This document shows positions 55,548-64,000 of a stretch of 64,000 bases of DNA, in pieces (position 1 is the stretch's first letter; the number at the start of each line of letters is the position of its first letter). The translations under genes and the position numbers were made by a program. The stretch comes from Candidatus Poribacteria bacterium (lineage in GTDB: Bacteria > Poribacteria > WGA-4E > PCPOR2b): positions 800,001 through 864,000 of the forward strand of contig OZ240245.1 of the NCBI GenBank assembly GCA_965198175.1. The letters run 5' to 3'. The notes under the pieces were generated by a model. The model was not told the DNA's origin and searched no databases. It saw only the letters and a list, made by a program, of their open reading frames with translations.

Positions 55548-56300
55548 CTATCCCAAACTCCAGCCCCCATCTACCCACAGTTCATGACCCGTGATATAAG
55601 TGCTGCGATCCGAGACCAAGAACAACACGGCGTCAGCCACCTCCTTTGCCGAAGCGTGACGCTTGAGTAGGGGCCGTTCCTCCTGCGAAACCCAAAAGTC
55701 CTCTCCGAAAGAACGTGAGAGCGGCGTGTCTATCGGTCCCGGAAGGATGGCGTTAGCCAAGATGCCGTCCTTTGCGAAGCCCTTAGCCACCGATTTCATG
55801 AGTGCCAAACACCCGCCTTTGCTCACGCCGTAAGCAACGTGCGCGATGATACTGCCGACGCGGCCCGCTGGCGACGACACATAGACGATGCGTCCGTATT
55901 TCTGAGTTGTCATGTGGGGAATGACCGCCCTGGTGCAGAGAAACATGCCAGTTACGTTGATTGCCAAGATTCGATTCCAGTCTTCAAGCGTTACGCTGTC
56001 CCAGTCTACTATTGGGCACATGCCGGCGTTGTTGACCAGGATGTCAATTCGCCCAAAGCGATCAAACGCAGCCTGAACCATCGCCTCGACTTGCGAGGGA
56101 TTACAGACATCGGTGGGTGTGGCGATTACTTGTCCCTTATGAGCAGCCATAATCTCTTGGGCGGTCTCCGCCGCTTGATCGGCTTGCACATCGGCGATGA
56201 TTACCCCGCGTGCATCCGCTTCGACAAAGGCTTCCACCGTTGCACGTCCAAGCCCCTGTGCACCCCCGGTGACAATTGCTACTCTGCCTGTCAGATTCAT
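55548..56300 (-). CDS. Short-chain dehydrogenase/reductase
   Basis: TGGAQGLG, NNAG, YGVSK. Confidence 0.92.
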   Translation of the reverse strand: MNLTGRVAIVTGGAQGLGRATVEAFVEADARGVIIADVQADQAAETAQEIMAAHKGQVIATPTDVCNPSQVEAMVQAAFDRFGRIDILVNNAGMCPIVDWDSVTLEDWNRILAINVTGMFLCTRAVIPHMTTQKYGRIVYVSSPAGRVGSIIAHVAYGVSKGGCLALMKSVAKGFAKDGILANAILPGPIDTPLSRSFGEDFWVSQEERPLLKRHASAKEVADAVLFLVSDRSTYITGHELWVDGGWSLG

Positions 56301-56453
56301 CGATGACTCCTTTCGATGATATTGATTTTCAATGTCGATTGTGCTATAGTAATCCTAACGATTGTGCAAGAGCGTTGTTATTTGAAAGCGTCTCAACAGC
56401 AGATGCATTTGCAGGTTATGTGCGAAACCCAAAATAAAGAAAGGACGTGCAAG

Positions 56454-57290
56454 ATGGTTACGAATAAGATTTTGATGATAGCTTATGTTCTAGCAGTTGT
56501 CGCGGCTACACTGACATGCACAAGTATGGCGGAAAGCCAAGTTGTTGAAAAGGGGCTTGTTCATTACTGGTCTTTTGACAAGATTGACAACGATATCGTT
56601 CCGGACCTTGCCGGGAGGAACGATGTGGAAATCATACGCGGTAAATCACCGCCTCTGTTAGCCGGCGGAAGAAGCAATCCAAAGGTAGTCAAAGGGAAAA
56701 TAGGTAGTGCATTGGAGTTTGATGGAGACGGCGACTATGCGCAATCGACGGAAGAGATTGAAATATCCGGTTCCGACCCCCGGACGTTGAGCGCATGGGT
56801 TAAATGGAACACAAAGAGCGATCAATTTCACGTTCTCGTTGGCTGGGGCTGGGAAGGCGAAACCGGTCAAGTCTGTAAAGGGGAGTTGTTCTGCATTACA
56901 ACTTGGCATTCAAACCAGATTACCATGTGGGGCGTGTGTAACGATCATGAATCGCGTTTCGGCGCAAAAGTAGGCAATTGGTATCATGTCACCGTGACAT
57001 ACGACGATAAGACGGAACTGAAAATCTATGTCAACGGCGATGATGTCGTCTATGATAACGCGAAGATACAACCCTTCCAGACCGGTGATAAGACACGAGC
57101 GACGTTCGGTAAAAAGATCTTCACCTTCGCTGATCGAGCTTGGGCAAACGGTGCTGTCGATGAAGTTGCTATCTATAATCGCGCGTTGGATAGAGACGAG
57201 GTCCAAGCGAATTTTACGTCAAAAGGATTTGCCGTCAATTCTGAGGGTCAACTCGCCCTCACCTGGGGAGCGATAAAGACCCCAAGATAA
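56454..57290 (+). CDS. Secreted LamG/concanavalin-like protein with C-terminal TWG motif
   Basis: Signal peptide; GLVHYWSFD, ALEFDG, WYHV.VTYD, IYVNG, DEVAIYNRAL; ends AVNSEGQLALTWGAIKTPR. Confidence 0.92.
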   Translation: MVTNKILMIAYVLAVVAATLTCTSMAESQVVEKGLVHYWSFDKIDNDIVPDLAGRNDVEIIRGKSPPLLAGGRSNPKVVKGKIGSALEFDGDGDYAQSTEEIEISGSDPRTLSAWVKWNTKSDQFHVLVGWGWEGETGQVCKGELFCITTWHSNQITMWGVCNDHESRFGAKVGNWYHVTVTYDDKTELKIYVNGDDVVYDNAKIQPFQTGDKTRATFGKKIFTFADRAWANGAVDEVAIYNRALDRDEVQANFTSKGFAVNSEGQLALTWGAIKTPR

Positions 57291-57352
57291 GCCTTGACAC
57301 TTTTACACTAAACTATTGATATGAGCCAACACTTGCAGAATCGCCCGGTTAC

Positions 57353-57634
57353 CTATTCACCTTCGATTAACTCTCCGCCCTTCTTCAGGAAAGCGATAGC
57401 GCTGCGCGAGACTTCGACCTTTACGTTTTCGGCGATTGCGAGAACAACAAGCTCTTTGTCGACGCCGATGATTTTTCCGTGTAGCCCTCCCGTTGTAACG
57501 ACTAAATTTCCTTTCGCAAGATTTTCTAACATCGCTTGGTGTTTTTTCCGTTTAAGCTGTTCGGGACGCCAGATCAGCATATAGATAATCGCCACCATCA
57601 GAATAATCGGAACAAAAGCGCTAAAAAAATCCAT
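57353..57634 (-). CDS. yajC: Preprotein translocase subunit YajC
   Basis: TM followed by RP, V.T.GGLHG. Confidence 0.93.
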   Translation of the reverse strand: MDFFSAFVPIILMVAIIYMLIWRPEQLKRKKHQAMLENLAKGNLVVTTGGLHGKIIGVDKELVVLAIAENVKVEVSRSAIAFLKKGGELIEGE

Positions 57635-57652
57635 TAGTTAATCTCCTTCAAA

Positions 57653-58681
57653 TTAAAGAATAAGCATTGCATCACCATAGCTATAGAAACGATATTTCCG
57701 AGCGATTGCCTGCCGGTAAGCTTCAAGAATGAATTCGCGGTCGGTGAACGCGCTGACCAGCATCAGCAAAGTGGAACGCGGCAGATGGAAATTGGTAATC
57801 ACAGCATCAACGGCTTTGAATTGATAGCCGGGATAGATAAAAATATCTGTATATCCGCAATAAGGGCGGATGCCTCCATCCGAAGCAACCGCTTCAAGCG
57901 CTCGAACCGAGGTAGTCCCAACAGCCACCACCTTTCTCCCCTGCTCGATTGCAGCATTGAGTAGGTCGGTGGTTGTTTGAGGGATGTCAAAATACTCCTC
58001 GTGCAATTTATGGTCTTCAATGTCCTCGACTTTGACCGGTTGAAACGTGCCAAGCCCGACGTGAAGTGTCAGGGCGACCCAGTCGAACCCGTCCCGCTTG
58101 AGTCGATCCAGCAACGTTTGTGTGAAGTGGAGCCCTGCCGTTGGTGCGGCAACCGCCCCTTCGGTCGAAGCGTAGACACATTGATACCGCTCTCGATCAC
58201 CGGCGTCGGGTTCTCGTTTGATGTAAGGCGGCAGCGGTATTTGACCGATGCGCGCGAGAATCGACTGAAAATCCCCGTCGTACGTGAATCGGACGGTACA
58301 AATGCCGCCCTCCGTTTTTTCGCGTATTTGAGCAGTTAACGCGCCCTGACCAAACGCCAAGCGTGTGCCTCGACTGACGCGCCGACTAGGTCTAACCAGC
58401 GCTTCCCAAACCTTCTCCCCTTTCGGACGAATTAACAGAACTTCAATCTTACCACCTGTAGGCAGCTTTGCTCCAATCAATCTCGCCGGTATGACTTTGG
58501 TATTGTTGAGGACGAGCAGTGCCCGCGGGGGTAGAAACTCGCCAATTTTCGAGAACTGTGTGTCACTAATTTCCTGTGTGCGCCGATTGATGACCATTAA
58601 GCGGGATGCATCCCTACGCTGGAGCGGGAACTGCGCGATAAGCGCATCCGGCAGATTATAGTCGTAATCAGCGAGCTTCAT
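57653..58681 (-). CDS. queA: SAM:tRNA ribosyltransferase-isomerase
   Basis: LPPYI, AAPTAGLHF, LHVG.GTF, TNFH.P.STL, YRFYSYGD. Confidence 0.97.
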   Translation of the reverse strand: MKLADYDYNLPDALIAQFPLQRRDASRLMVINRRTQEISDTQFSKIGEFLPPRALLVLNNTKVIPARLIGAKLPTGGKIEVLLIRPKGEKVWEALVRPSRRVSRGTRLAFGQGALTAQIREKTEGGICTVRFTYDGDFQSILARIGQIPLPPYIKREPDAGDRERYQCVYASTEGAVAAPTAGLHFTQTLLDRLKRDGFDWVALTLHVGLGTFQPVKVEDIEDHKLHEEYFDIPQTTTDLLNAAIEQGRKVVAVGTTSVRALEAVASDGGIRPYCGYTDIFIYPGYQFKAVDAVITNFHLPRSTLLMLVSAFTDREFILEAYRQAIARKYRFYSYGDAMLIL

Positions 58682-58850
58682 ATCTCTAAGGCTTACGCAA
58701 TTCAACGGTAAGTGCTCGGTCGTTCACCGATGCATCAGCGGCGCACGTAACTTCCAAGGCACAGCGAATTGGGAAACCGCCTCGGTATCATCTGCTGCCC
58801 AACACTAGGAAGTGAAGATAACCGTAAGGGCTTCAAGAGGAAGACAAACT

Positions 58851-59864
58851 CTACAAAAACGACGGTTGGCAGTCTAACGGCAAAGGATAACCCAAATGTT
58901 CATAAGCCGAATCCGCCGCTACTCGTCCCATCGGCGTTAGTGACAAAAACCCGATTTTGATTAGGTACGGCTCGATTACTTCCGCAATCGTACGTTCATC
59001 TTCGCTGATAGCAACGGCGAGTGCCTTGAGTCCCGCCCGTCCGCGGAATTTTTCAATCAATGTGCCTAAATAAACCCTATCGCCTTTGTCCAGACCGAGT
59101 TCGTCGATTTTGAAAAATTCTAAGGCTTCTTGAGCAACTGCATGGGTGATAACCCCGTCGTATTTCACAGCTGCATAATCCCGTACGTTTAACAGTAGAT
59201 TTTTGGCGATTCGCATCGTGCCGCGTGAGCGGCAAGCTAACTCGCGTTCCGCCTTTTCCTCAATCTCAACGGGAGGTCGCAGCCGATTGCTGTATTGGTT
59301 GATAGCAATCTGAATCTCATCGGAGGTGTAATAATCGAGGTGGATGCGGATACCAAATCGATTTTGGAATGGACCCGATAATAGCCCCTCGCGCGTCGTC
59401 GCTCCTACCAGCGTGAAACGGGATAGTGGTACAGTAATAATATCCGCTGATGGTCCCTGTCCAACTGCCAAGTCAATTTTATAGTCCTCCATCGCGGGAT
59501 ACATTGATTCCTGAACATATCCCTTCATGCGATGAATCTCATCAACAAATAAAATATCGCCCGCTTCAAGATTAGATAAGATTGTTGCCACATCTAGTCG
59601 TTCCATTGTAGGACCGACTGCGGGCTTGAAACCGCCTCCCATTTCGTTAGAGATTATCTTTGCGAGCGTTGTTTTGCCAAGTCCGGGAGGACCAACAAGG
59701 AGAATATGCTCTAATGCCTGCTTCCTCTGCTTCGCAGCTTCGATGTGGATGTGCAATCGTTCCTTAACTGTTTCCTGACCGATGAACTCCTTCAGTGTTT
59801 GAGGTCTGAGACTATATTGGGTTTCATCGTACGCCTCCAACAGTTCTTGGATCTGTTTGCTCAT
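58851..59864 (-). CDS. ruvB: Holliday junction helicase RuvB
   Basis: LRP.TL.EFIGQ, GPPGLGKTT, DEIHR, EPYL. Confidence 0.96.
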   Translation of the reverse strand: MSKQIQELLEAYDETQYSLRPQTLKEFIGQETVKERLHIHIEAAKQRKQALEHILLVGPPGLGKTTLAKIISNEMGGGFKPAVGPTMERLDVATILSNLEAGDILFVDEIHRMKGYVQESMYPAMEDYKIDLAVGQGPSADIITVPLSRFTLVGATTREGLLSGPFQNRFGIRIHLDYYTSDEIQIAINQYSNRLRPPVEIEEKAERELACRSRGTMRIAKNLLLNVRDYAAVKYDGVITHAVAQEALEFFKIDELGLDKGDRVYLGTLIEKFRGRAGLKALAVAISEDERTIAEVIEPYLIKIGFLSLTPMGRVAADSAYEHLGYPLPLDCQPSFL

Positions 59865-59937
59865 TTTGAACTCTCATCGACCTGTGGTCCAGATTGCTCC
59901 CGCCCGATCGCCAAATCCAGGGGGGTTCTCAACTCGT

Positions 59938-60549
59938 TTAAATTCTGGACGGTGTCTTAGAGATGTATCGAAGTGCAAGCCGAATCAAATCTTCCAATTC
60001 TGCCGCTTTTCCCAATACCTTCTGAGCTTCCGCCATCGCCCATTCTGCGGTGTAATCAGAAACGCCTAAACCAACTAACGCTTTGATGCCTTCTTCTGCT
60101 CGTTGTTGAAATCCGCCGCCATCAATTTTTTTATCAAAGTGGATTTTACCGATGGCATTTTTCAGCTTAATGATGATGAGTTGCGCCATCTCTTTATTGA
60201 GGCGTGGCACTCGTATCAACGTTGCATGATCGCCGTCACGAACAGCCCGTTGAAACTCAACAGGCGAAAGCTTAGAAACAATATGTTGCGCCACAGATGG
60301 ACCGATACCTTTTACGGTGAGGGCAATTTCAAAAACTTTCAGTTCATCCCTTGACGCAAATCCATAGAGTTTGACTTCGTTCTCCCGGCAGTGGTGATAG
60401 GTGTAAAACTTGACTTCCGATCCGGTCTCGGGCAATTTAACCGCCGCATATGATGGGATTTCAATGCTATAGCCGATGCCATTGACCTCAACAACTGCTC
60501 GTTGGTCGTCATTAAACTCCAAAATACCTTTGACAAACGCAATCATCAA
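59938..60549 (-). CDS. ruvA: Holliday junction protein RuvA
   Basis: V.GIGY, RE...LYGF, V.GIGP. Confidence 0.93.
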   Translation of the reverse strand: MMIAFVKGILEFNDDQRAVVEVNGIGYSIEIPSYAAVKLPETGSEVKFYTYHHCRENEVKLYGFASRDELKVFEIALTVKGIGPSVAQHIVSKLSPVEFQRAVRDGDHATLIRVPRLNKEMAQLIIIKLKNAIGKIHFDKKIDGGGFQQRAEEGIKALVGLGVSDYTAEWAMAEAQKVLGKAAELEDLIRLALRYISKTPSRI

Positions 60550-61043
60550 CTACACCTCTCGCGTAATTGCAGCATTTTGTAGGAACGAGCATGGCAAATA
60601 GCAACGGCGAGTGCATCTGCGGCGTGATCCGGGTGCGGGATTGTATCCAATTTTAGTAAGGTTTTCACCATTTCCTGAATCTGGCGCTTGCTGGCTTTAC
60701 CATATCCAACAACAGATTGTTTCACATGCGCGGGCGTGTAGCCGAACACCTCCCGACCCATATTTGCGGCTACCAGTTTCGCAATCCCCCTAGCTTCACC
60801 AACTGCCAGAGCACTGCTTAGTTTCTTATTAAAAAACAGATCTTCGAAAACGAAAAAGTCGGGTTGATATTCAGAAGCGAGGTGGTTGACCCTATCGTAG
60901 ATGGATTTCAAGCGATGGGGGGATTCGGTTTGGGAATCTGTCGTGATGGTTCCATAATCAATTAGTCTGAGCGGGGTTCCATCGGCTTCAATAAGTCCGT
61001 AGCCCGTATTTGCAATTCCCGGATCTATGCCAAGGACGACCAT
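60546..61043 (-). CDS. ruvC: Crossover junction endodeoxyribonuclease RuvC
   Basis: LGIDPG, E..FF, K..V.GYG.A.K, D.ADALA. Confidence 0.96.
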   Translation of the reverse strand: MVVLGIDPGIANTGYGLIEADGTPLRLIDYGTITTDSQTESPHRLKSIYDRVNHLASEYQPDFFVFEDLFFNKKLSSALAVGEARGIAKLVAANMGREVFGYTPAHVKQSVVGYGKASKRQIQEMVKTLLKLDTIPHPDHAADALAVAICHARSYKMLQLRERCS

Positions 61044-61789
61044 TAGGCAGCCGCTTCCAAAATTTCGTCGGGGATGTCAAAGTTCGCATGCACTTTCTGG
61101 ACATCGTCATTTTCTTCGAGCGATTCCATCAAGCGCAGCATTCGCTCAGCTACTTTGCCTTCTAATTTCACGGTAGTTTGAGGAATCATACTGAGCTCAG
61201 CTACACGAATCGTCGCCCCAGACGCTTCAACAGCCGCTCTCACCTGATCGAATTGCTCGACGGAAGAAACAACCTCAATCTGGTCATCTGAAGGTATGAG
61301 GTCGTCCGCCCCGGAATCCAGAGCAAGCATAAAGAGGTCGTCTTCATCGACGCTCTCTTTTGAGACAACGATTAACCCGCGCTTATCAAAGAGCCAAGAC
61401 ACACATCCCCGCTCTCCAATATTTCCGCCATACCTGTTTAAAATGTGTCTCACAGCAGCAATTGCTCGATTTTTATTATCCGTTAAGATTTCAATCATGA
61501 TTGCGACGCCATCTGGCCCATATCCCTCGTATATTACCTCTTCGTAATCAATGCCTTCGAGTTCGCCGGTTCCGCGTAGAATTGCCTTTTCAATGTTGTC
61601 ATTCGGTACATTATTTGATTTCGCGGTTGACACCGCAGCCCTCAAGCGGGGATTCATGTCAATATCGGAGCCGTCAAGACGCGCCGCAACTGTGATTTCC
61701 TTAATTAGTCTTGAGAAGAGCTTTCCACGCTTCGAATCAACTGCGGATTTACGGTGCTTGATTTGTGCCCACTTAGAGTGACCAGACAT
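61043..61789 (-). CDS. yebC: YebC/PmpR family protein
   Basis: MSGHSKW, YEGYGP, TDNKNR, DDVQ.V. Confidence 0.96.
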   Translation of the reverse strand: MSGHSKWAQIKHRKSAVDSKRGKLFSRLIKEITVAARLDGSDIDMNPRLRAAVSTAKSNNVPNDNIEKAILRGTGELEGIDYEEVIYEGYGPDGVAIMIEILTDNKNRAIAAVRHILNRYGGNIGERGCVSWLFDKRGLIVVSKESVDEDDLFMLALDSGADDLIPSDDQIEVVSSVEQFDQVRAAVEASGATIRVAELSMIPQTTVKLEGKVAERMLRLMESLEENDDVQKVHANFDIPDEILEAAA

Positions 61790-61824
61790 TTAATTTTTCC
61801 TCTCTAGTTTGTTGAGTCAAACCT

Positions 61825-61853
61825 ATTTTAGCATACGGAAAAGGCGGATGCAA
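61825..61853 (-). promoter_or_regulatory. sigma70-like promoter with extended -10 for the yebC-ruv operon
   Basis: TTGCAT, 17 bp ending TGC, TAAAAT. Confidence 0.6.
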
Positions 61854-62031
61854 GCAAATTGTTGTACCTCGCATCCTGTCCCGTTTGTCGGATTTTGGTG
61901 GTATTTTGCTTATGACTATCTCGTTTTTCTGCAGGATGGCGTTACGACGAATGACGGGGGAAAAATCATTGGACATCTGGGCAAAGATTCAGAGCATTAT
62001 GGTATGACTGAGTTTGATGAAGACAAAAACG

Positions 62032-63204
62032 TCAGTTGAAATCAAAAACTGCGGGGTCCTCTGAATCTTCTTCTTGAATCGTGTCTTCGCTCTGATCTGC
62101 GCCGTTGGACGGAGTTTCAGCTTGTTCAACCGAGGTCTCAGAAGAAGTTTCCAGCTTGGGAGAACGTCCACCGAGGATGGTAAGCGTTACAATTGCTAGC
62201 ACGGACAAGCTGGTAATTGTGAGTACAACCGGACGTTTTCGCAGGGGAACCCTCTCACGCTTATCCAAAAAGGGCAGGAGCAGAAGGAGGAGGATAGCAA
62301 CTGTAGGAATCACGACAGTGCCAATCACTTCAAGCGGTCCCTCGAAATATTTGAGCAATTGAAACAGAAACAGGAAATACCACTCTGGACGTGGGTCATA
62401 ACTGGCATCCGTCGAATTGGCGGGTTCTTCGAGCGGCACAGGAACAAAAATCGCCGTTGCTGCGAGAACAATGAATAATACCAAAATAGCAACTGTGTCT
62501 TCAAAGAGCTGATCCGGATAAAAGGGTTTGCCACCGTGCATTTCTTCAGGTCTATTTTGGGGCAATCCGGAGGAGCCGTAATAGCGCACGAAAAACAGAT
62601 GGAGCCCAACGAGCACAAAGACGAGCCACGGCAGCCAGATAGTATGGAGAGTGTAAAATCGTGTCAAGGTGACCGCCCCGACCTCTTCTCCGCCGCGAAG
62701 AATTTTTGCGACGAAGTCCCCTACCAACGGTACTGTGCCCGCAATCTCCACACCGACCATCGTTGCCCAGTAAGCCTTTTGGTCCCAGGGCAGCAAATAA
62801 CCTGTGAAACCAAATCCCAACACCACCAGAAACAGAGTTACTCCGACCATCCACGTTAGTTCCCTCGGGGCTTTGTAGGAACCGTAAAGTACAACCCGCA
62901 GGAGGTGTAGAAACACGACAATCACCAGTGCACTCGAACCCCAATGATGTAAGCCGCGGACGAAGGCGCCGAAGGGAACTTCCTGACTGATATAGGTCAC
63001 CGCATCATAAGCGTGGTCGGGTGAGGGCGAATAATAAAGCGCCAAGAACGCTCCAGTGACAGCTTGAAGAATCAGAAGGAAGGTTGCCATACTCCCCAAA
63101 GAAAAGAGCCAGTTAATATGTTTTGGAAGCGGTTTTTTGAGATGATTTCCCATATCTCTTAAGGGGAGGCGCGATTCCAAAAATGTGGCGATCCTACATC
63201 TCAC
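62032..63204 (-). CDS. Cytochrome b of a Rieske/cytochrome b complex (unsplit b plus subunit IV)
   Basis: Four heme His residues, FTGYLLPWDQ, PFYP, PEWY. Confidence 0.95.
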   Translation of the reverse strand: MRCRIATFLESRLPLRDMGNHLKKPLPKHINWLFSLGSMATFLLILQAVTGAFLALYYSPSPDHAYDAVTYISQEVPFGAFVRGLHHWGSSALVIVVFLHLLRVVLYGSYKAPRELTWMVGVTLFLVVLGFGFTGYLLPWDQKAYWATMVGVEIAGTVPLVGDFVAKILRGGEEVGAVTLTRFYTLHTIWLPWLVFVLVGLHLFFVRYYGSSGLPQNRPEEMHGGKPFYPDQLFEDTVAILVLFIVLAATAIFVPVPLEEPANSTDASYDPRPEWYFLFLFQLLKYFEGPLEVIGTVVIPTVAILLLLLLPFLDKRERVPLRKRPVVLTITSLSVLAIVTLTILGGRSPKLETSSETSVEQAETPSNGADQSEDTIQEEDSEDPAVFDFN

Positions 63205-63207
63205 CTG

Positions 63208-63693
63208 CTATACCTCCCTGACGTACAGTATGCCATTTTCCACCTTGACCGACCGCCGCTCCAACGGGCGTGGAGGTGGTCCAGCGATGACATTCCCCGC
63301 TTCGTCAAAGACACCCCCGTGACACGGGCAGTGGAACTGTCCTTTCTTTTCGTCCCATCGGACAAGACAGCCGAGATGCGTGCAGACGCGAGAAAATACC
63401 ACAAAGCTCCCGTTGCCTTCATCTGTCACATACACGGAGCGTTCTCTATTCGCCTCAACCCATCCATCTTTGGATAGAAAAGTGTAGTTAATCTTCTTGT
63501 GGCGGACCCCTTCAAGCAGATCGACAAGCCCCAAATCAACCCATTTTTTTGTGCTCTTCTTGAACGCCGGGGAAATCGCGGAACCGATTAACGGCACCGC
63601 CATCGCCAAGCTAATGACACCGCTGATGAATGAGATGCCGGTTTTGAAGAAGGCGCGTCGTTTGGATTGTCCATCATGTGTTTCAGAAGTCAT
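63208..63693 (-). CDS. Rieske 2Fe-2S subunit
   Basis: Tat-like KRRAFFK plus TM; CTHLGC, CPCHGG, GPPPRPL. Confidence 0.95.
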   Translation of the reverse strand: MTSETHDGQSKRRAFFKTGISFISGVISLAMAVPLIGSAISPAFKKSTKKWVDLGLVDLLEGVRHKKINYTFLSKDGWVEANRERSVYVTDEGNGSFVVFSRVCTHLGCLVRWDEKKGQFHCPCHGGVFDEAGNVIAGPPPRPLERRSVKVENGILYVREV

Positions 63694-63709
63694 TTATACT
63701 TCTTCTCCG

Positions 63710-64000
63710 TTATTTTTCTTCCTTCAAATCCTCGTCTAAGTCAATTTCGTCTACGCTGAATCGAAGATGAGCTTGGTTGACCACATCAAGGATGTCCTGC
63801 CACTGTTTTTTAGTATTTTCAGATACGCCGTCTTTTTCGAGCGCTTCGGCGAATTCATTGAGTGCATCGTGGACCTTTTTCTGTAAATACAGGTATTCGT
63901 CCTCGCTATTCGGATTTTTCGGCGGCTCAAAATCGGCGATTAGCTTCGCATATTTCCCGAGCTGTTTTGCCGCATTTATCGCATCGGCTTTATTTCCGCC
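63710..64000 (-). CDS. Partial CDS (C-terminus only), helical, possibly cytochrome c'/b562-like
   Basis: Translated by hand, open from the window edge: ...FEPPKNPNSEDEY...WQDILDVVNQAHLRFSVDEIDLDEDLKEEK, stop at 63710-63712. Confidence 0.6.
   Translation of the reverse strand, partial: GGNKADAINAAKQLGKYAKLIADFEPPKNPNSEDEYLYLQKKVHDALNEFAEALEKDGVSENTKKQWQDILDVVNQAHLRFSVDEIDLDEDLKEEK

Overview
Gene-dense bacterial chromosomal window of moderate GC, with about 55 CDS and one tRNA-Leu(CAG). I saw no transposase, integrase, prophage or CRISPR array. The host is probably Candidatus Poribacteria (inference only), based on a C-terminal AV-x9-TWGxIK motif on two secreted proteins, an LPxGAxARLG-capped WD40 protein, and PhyH, arylsulfotransferase, enolase-superfamily and BMC-type aldehyde dehydrogenase genes. 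Housekeeping genes: tsaB; aroK-aroB-aroQ-efp-accB-accC-comB; yebC-ruvCAB-queA-yajC; Rieske plus cytochrome b. Envelope and defence genes: alpha-2-macroglobulin with pbpC; ECF sigma, zinc anti-sigma and HtrA; a GldAFG-like ABC system with DUF4340; TolB-like, WD40 and LamG proteins. Several catabolic enzymes are also present. Most notable: (1) a shared C-terminal putative sorting signal on unrelated secreted proteins; (2) two HtrA proteins with broken catalytic triads, possibly in one ECF regulon; (3) an AAA+ pseudo-ATPase; (4) a stand-alone LarE C-terminal-like domain; (5) a PTPS-III-like QueD homologue; (6) a c'/b562-like domain with no heme Cys upstream of the bc genes; (7) several unrelated REP/MITE-like repeats, one of which overlaps stop codons. 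All calls come from reading motifs by eye; no database searches were run.
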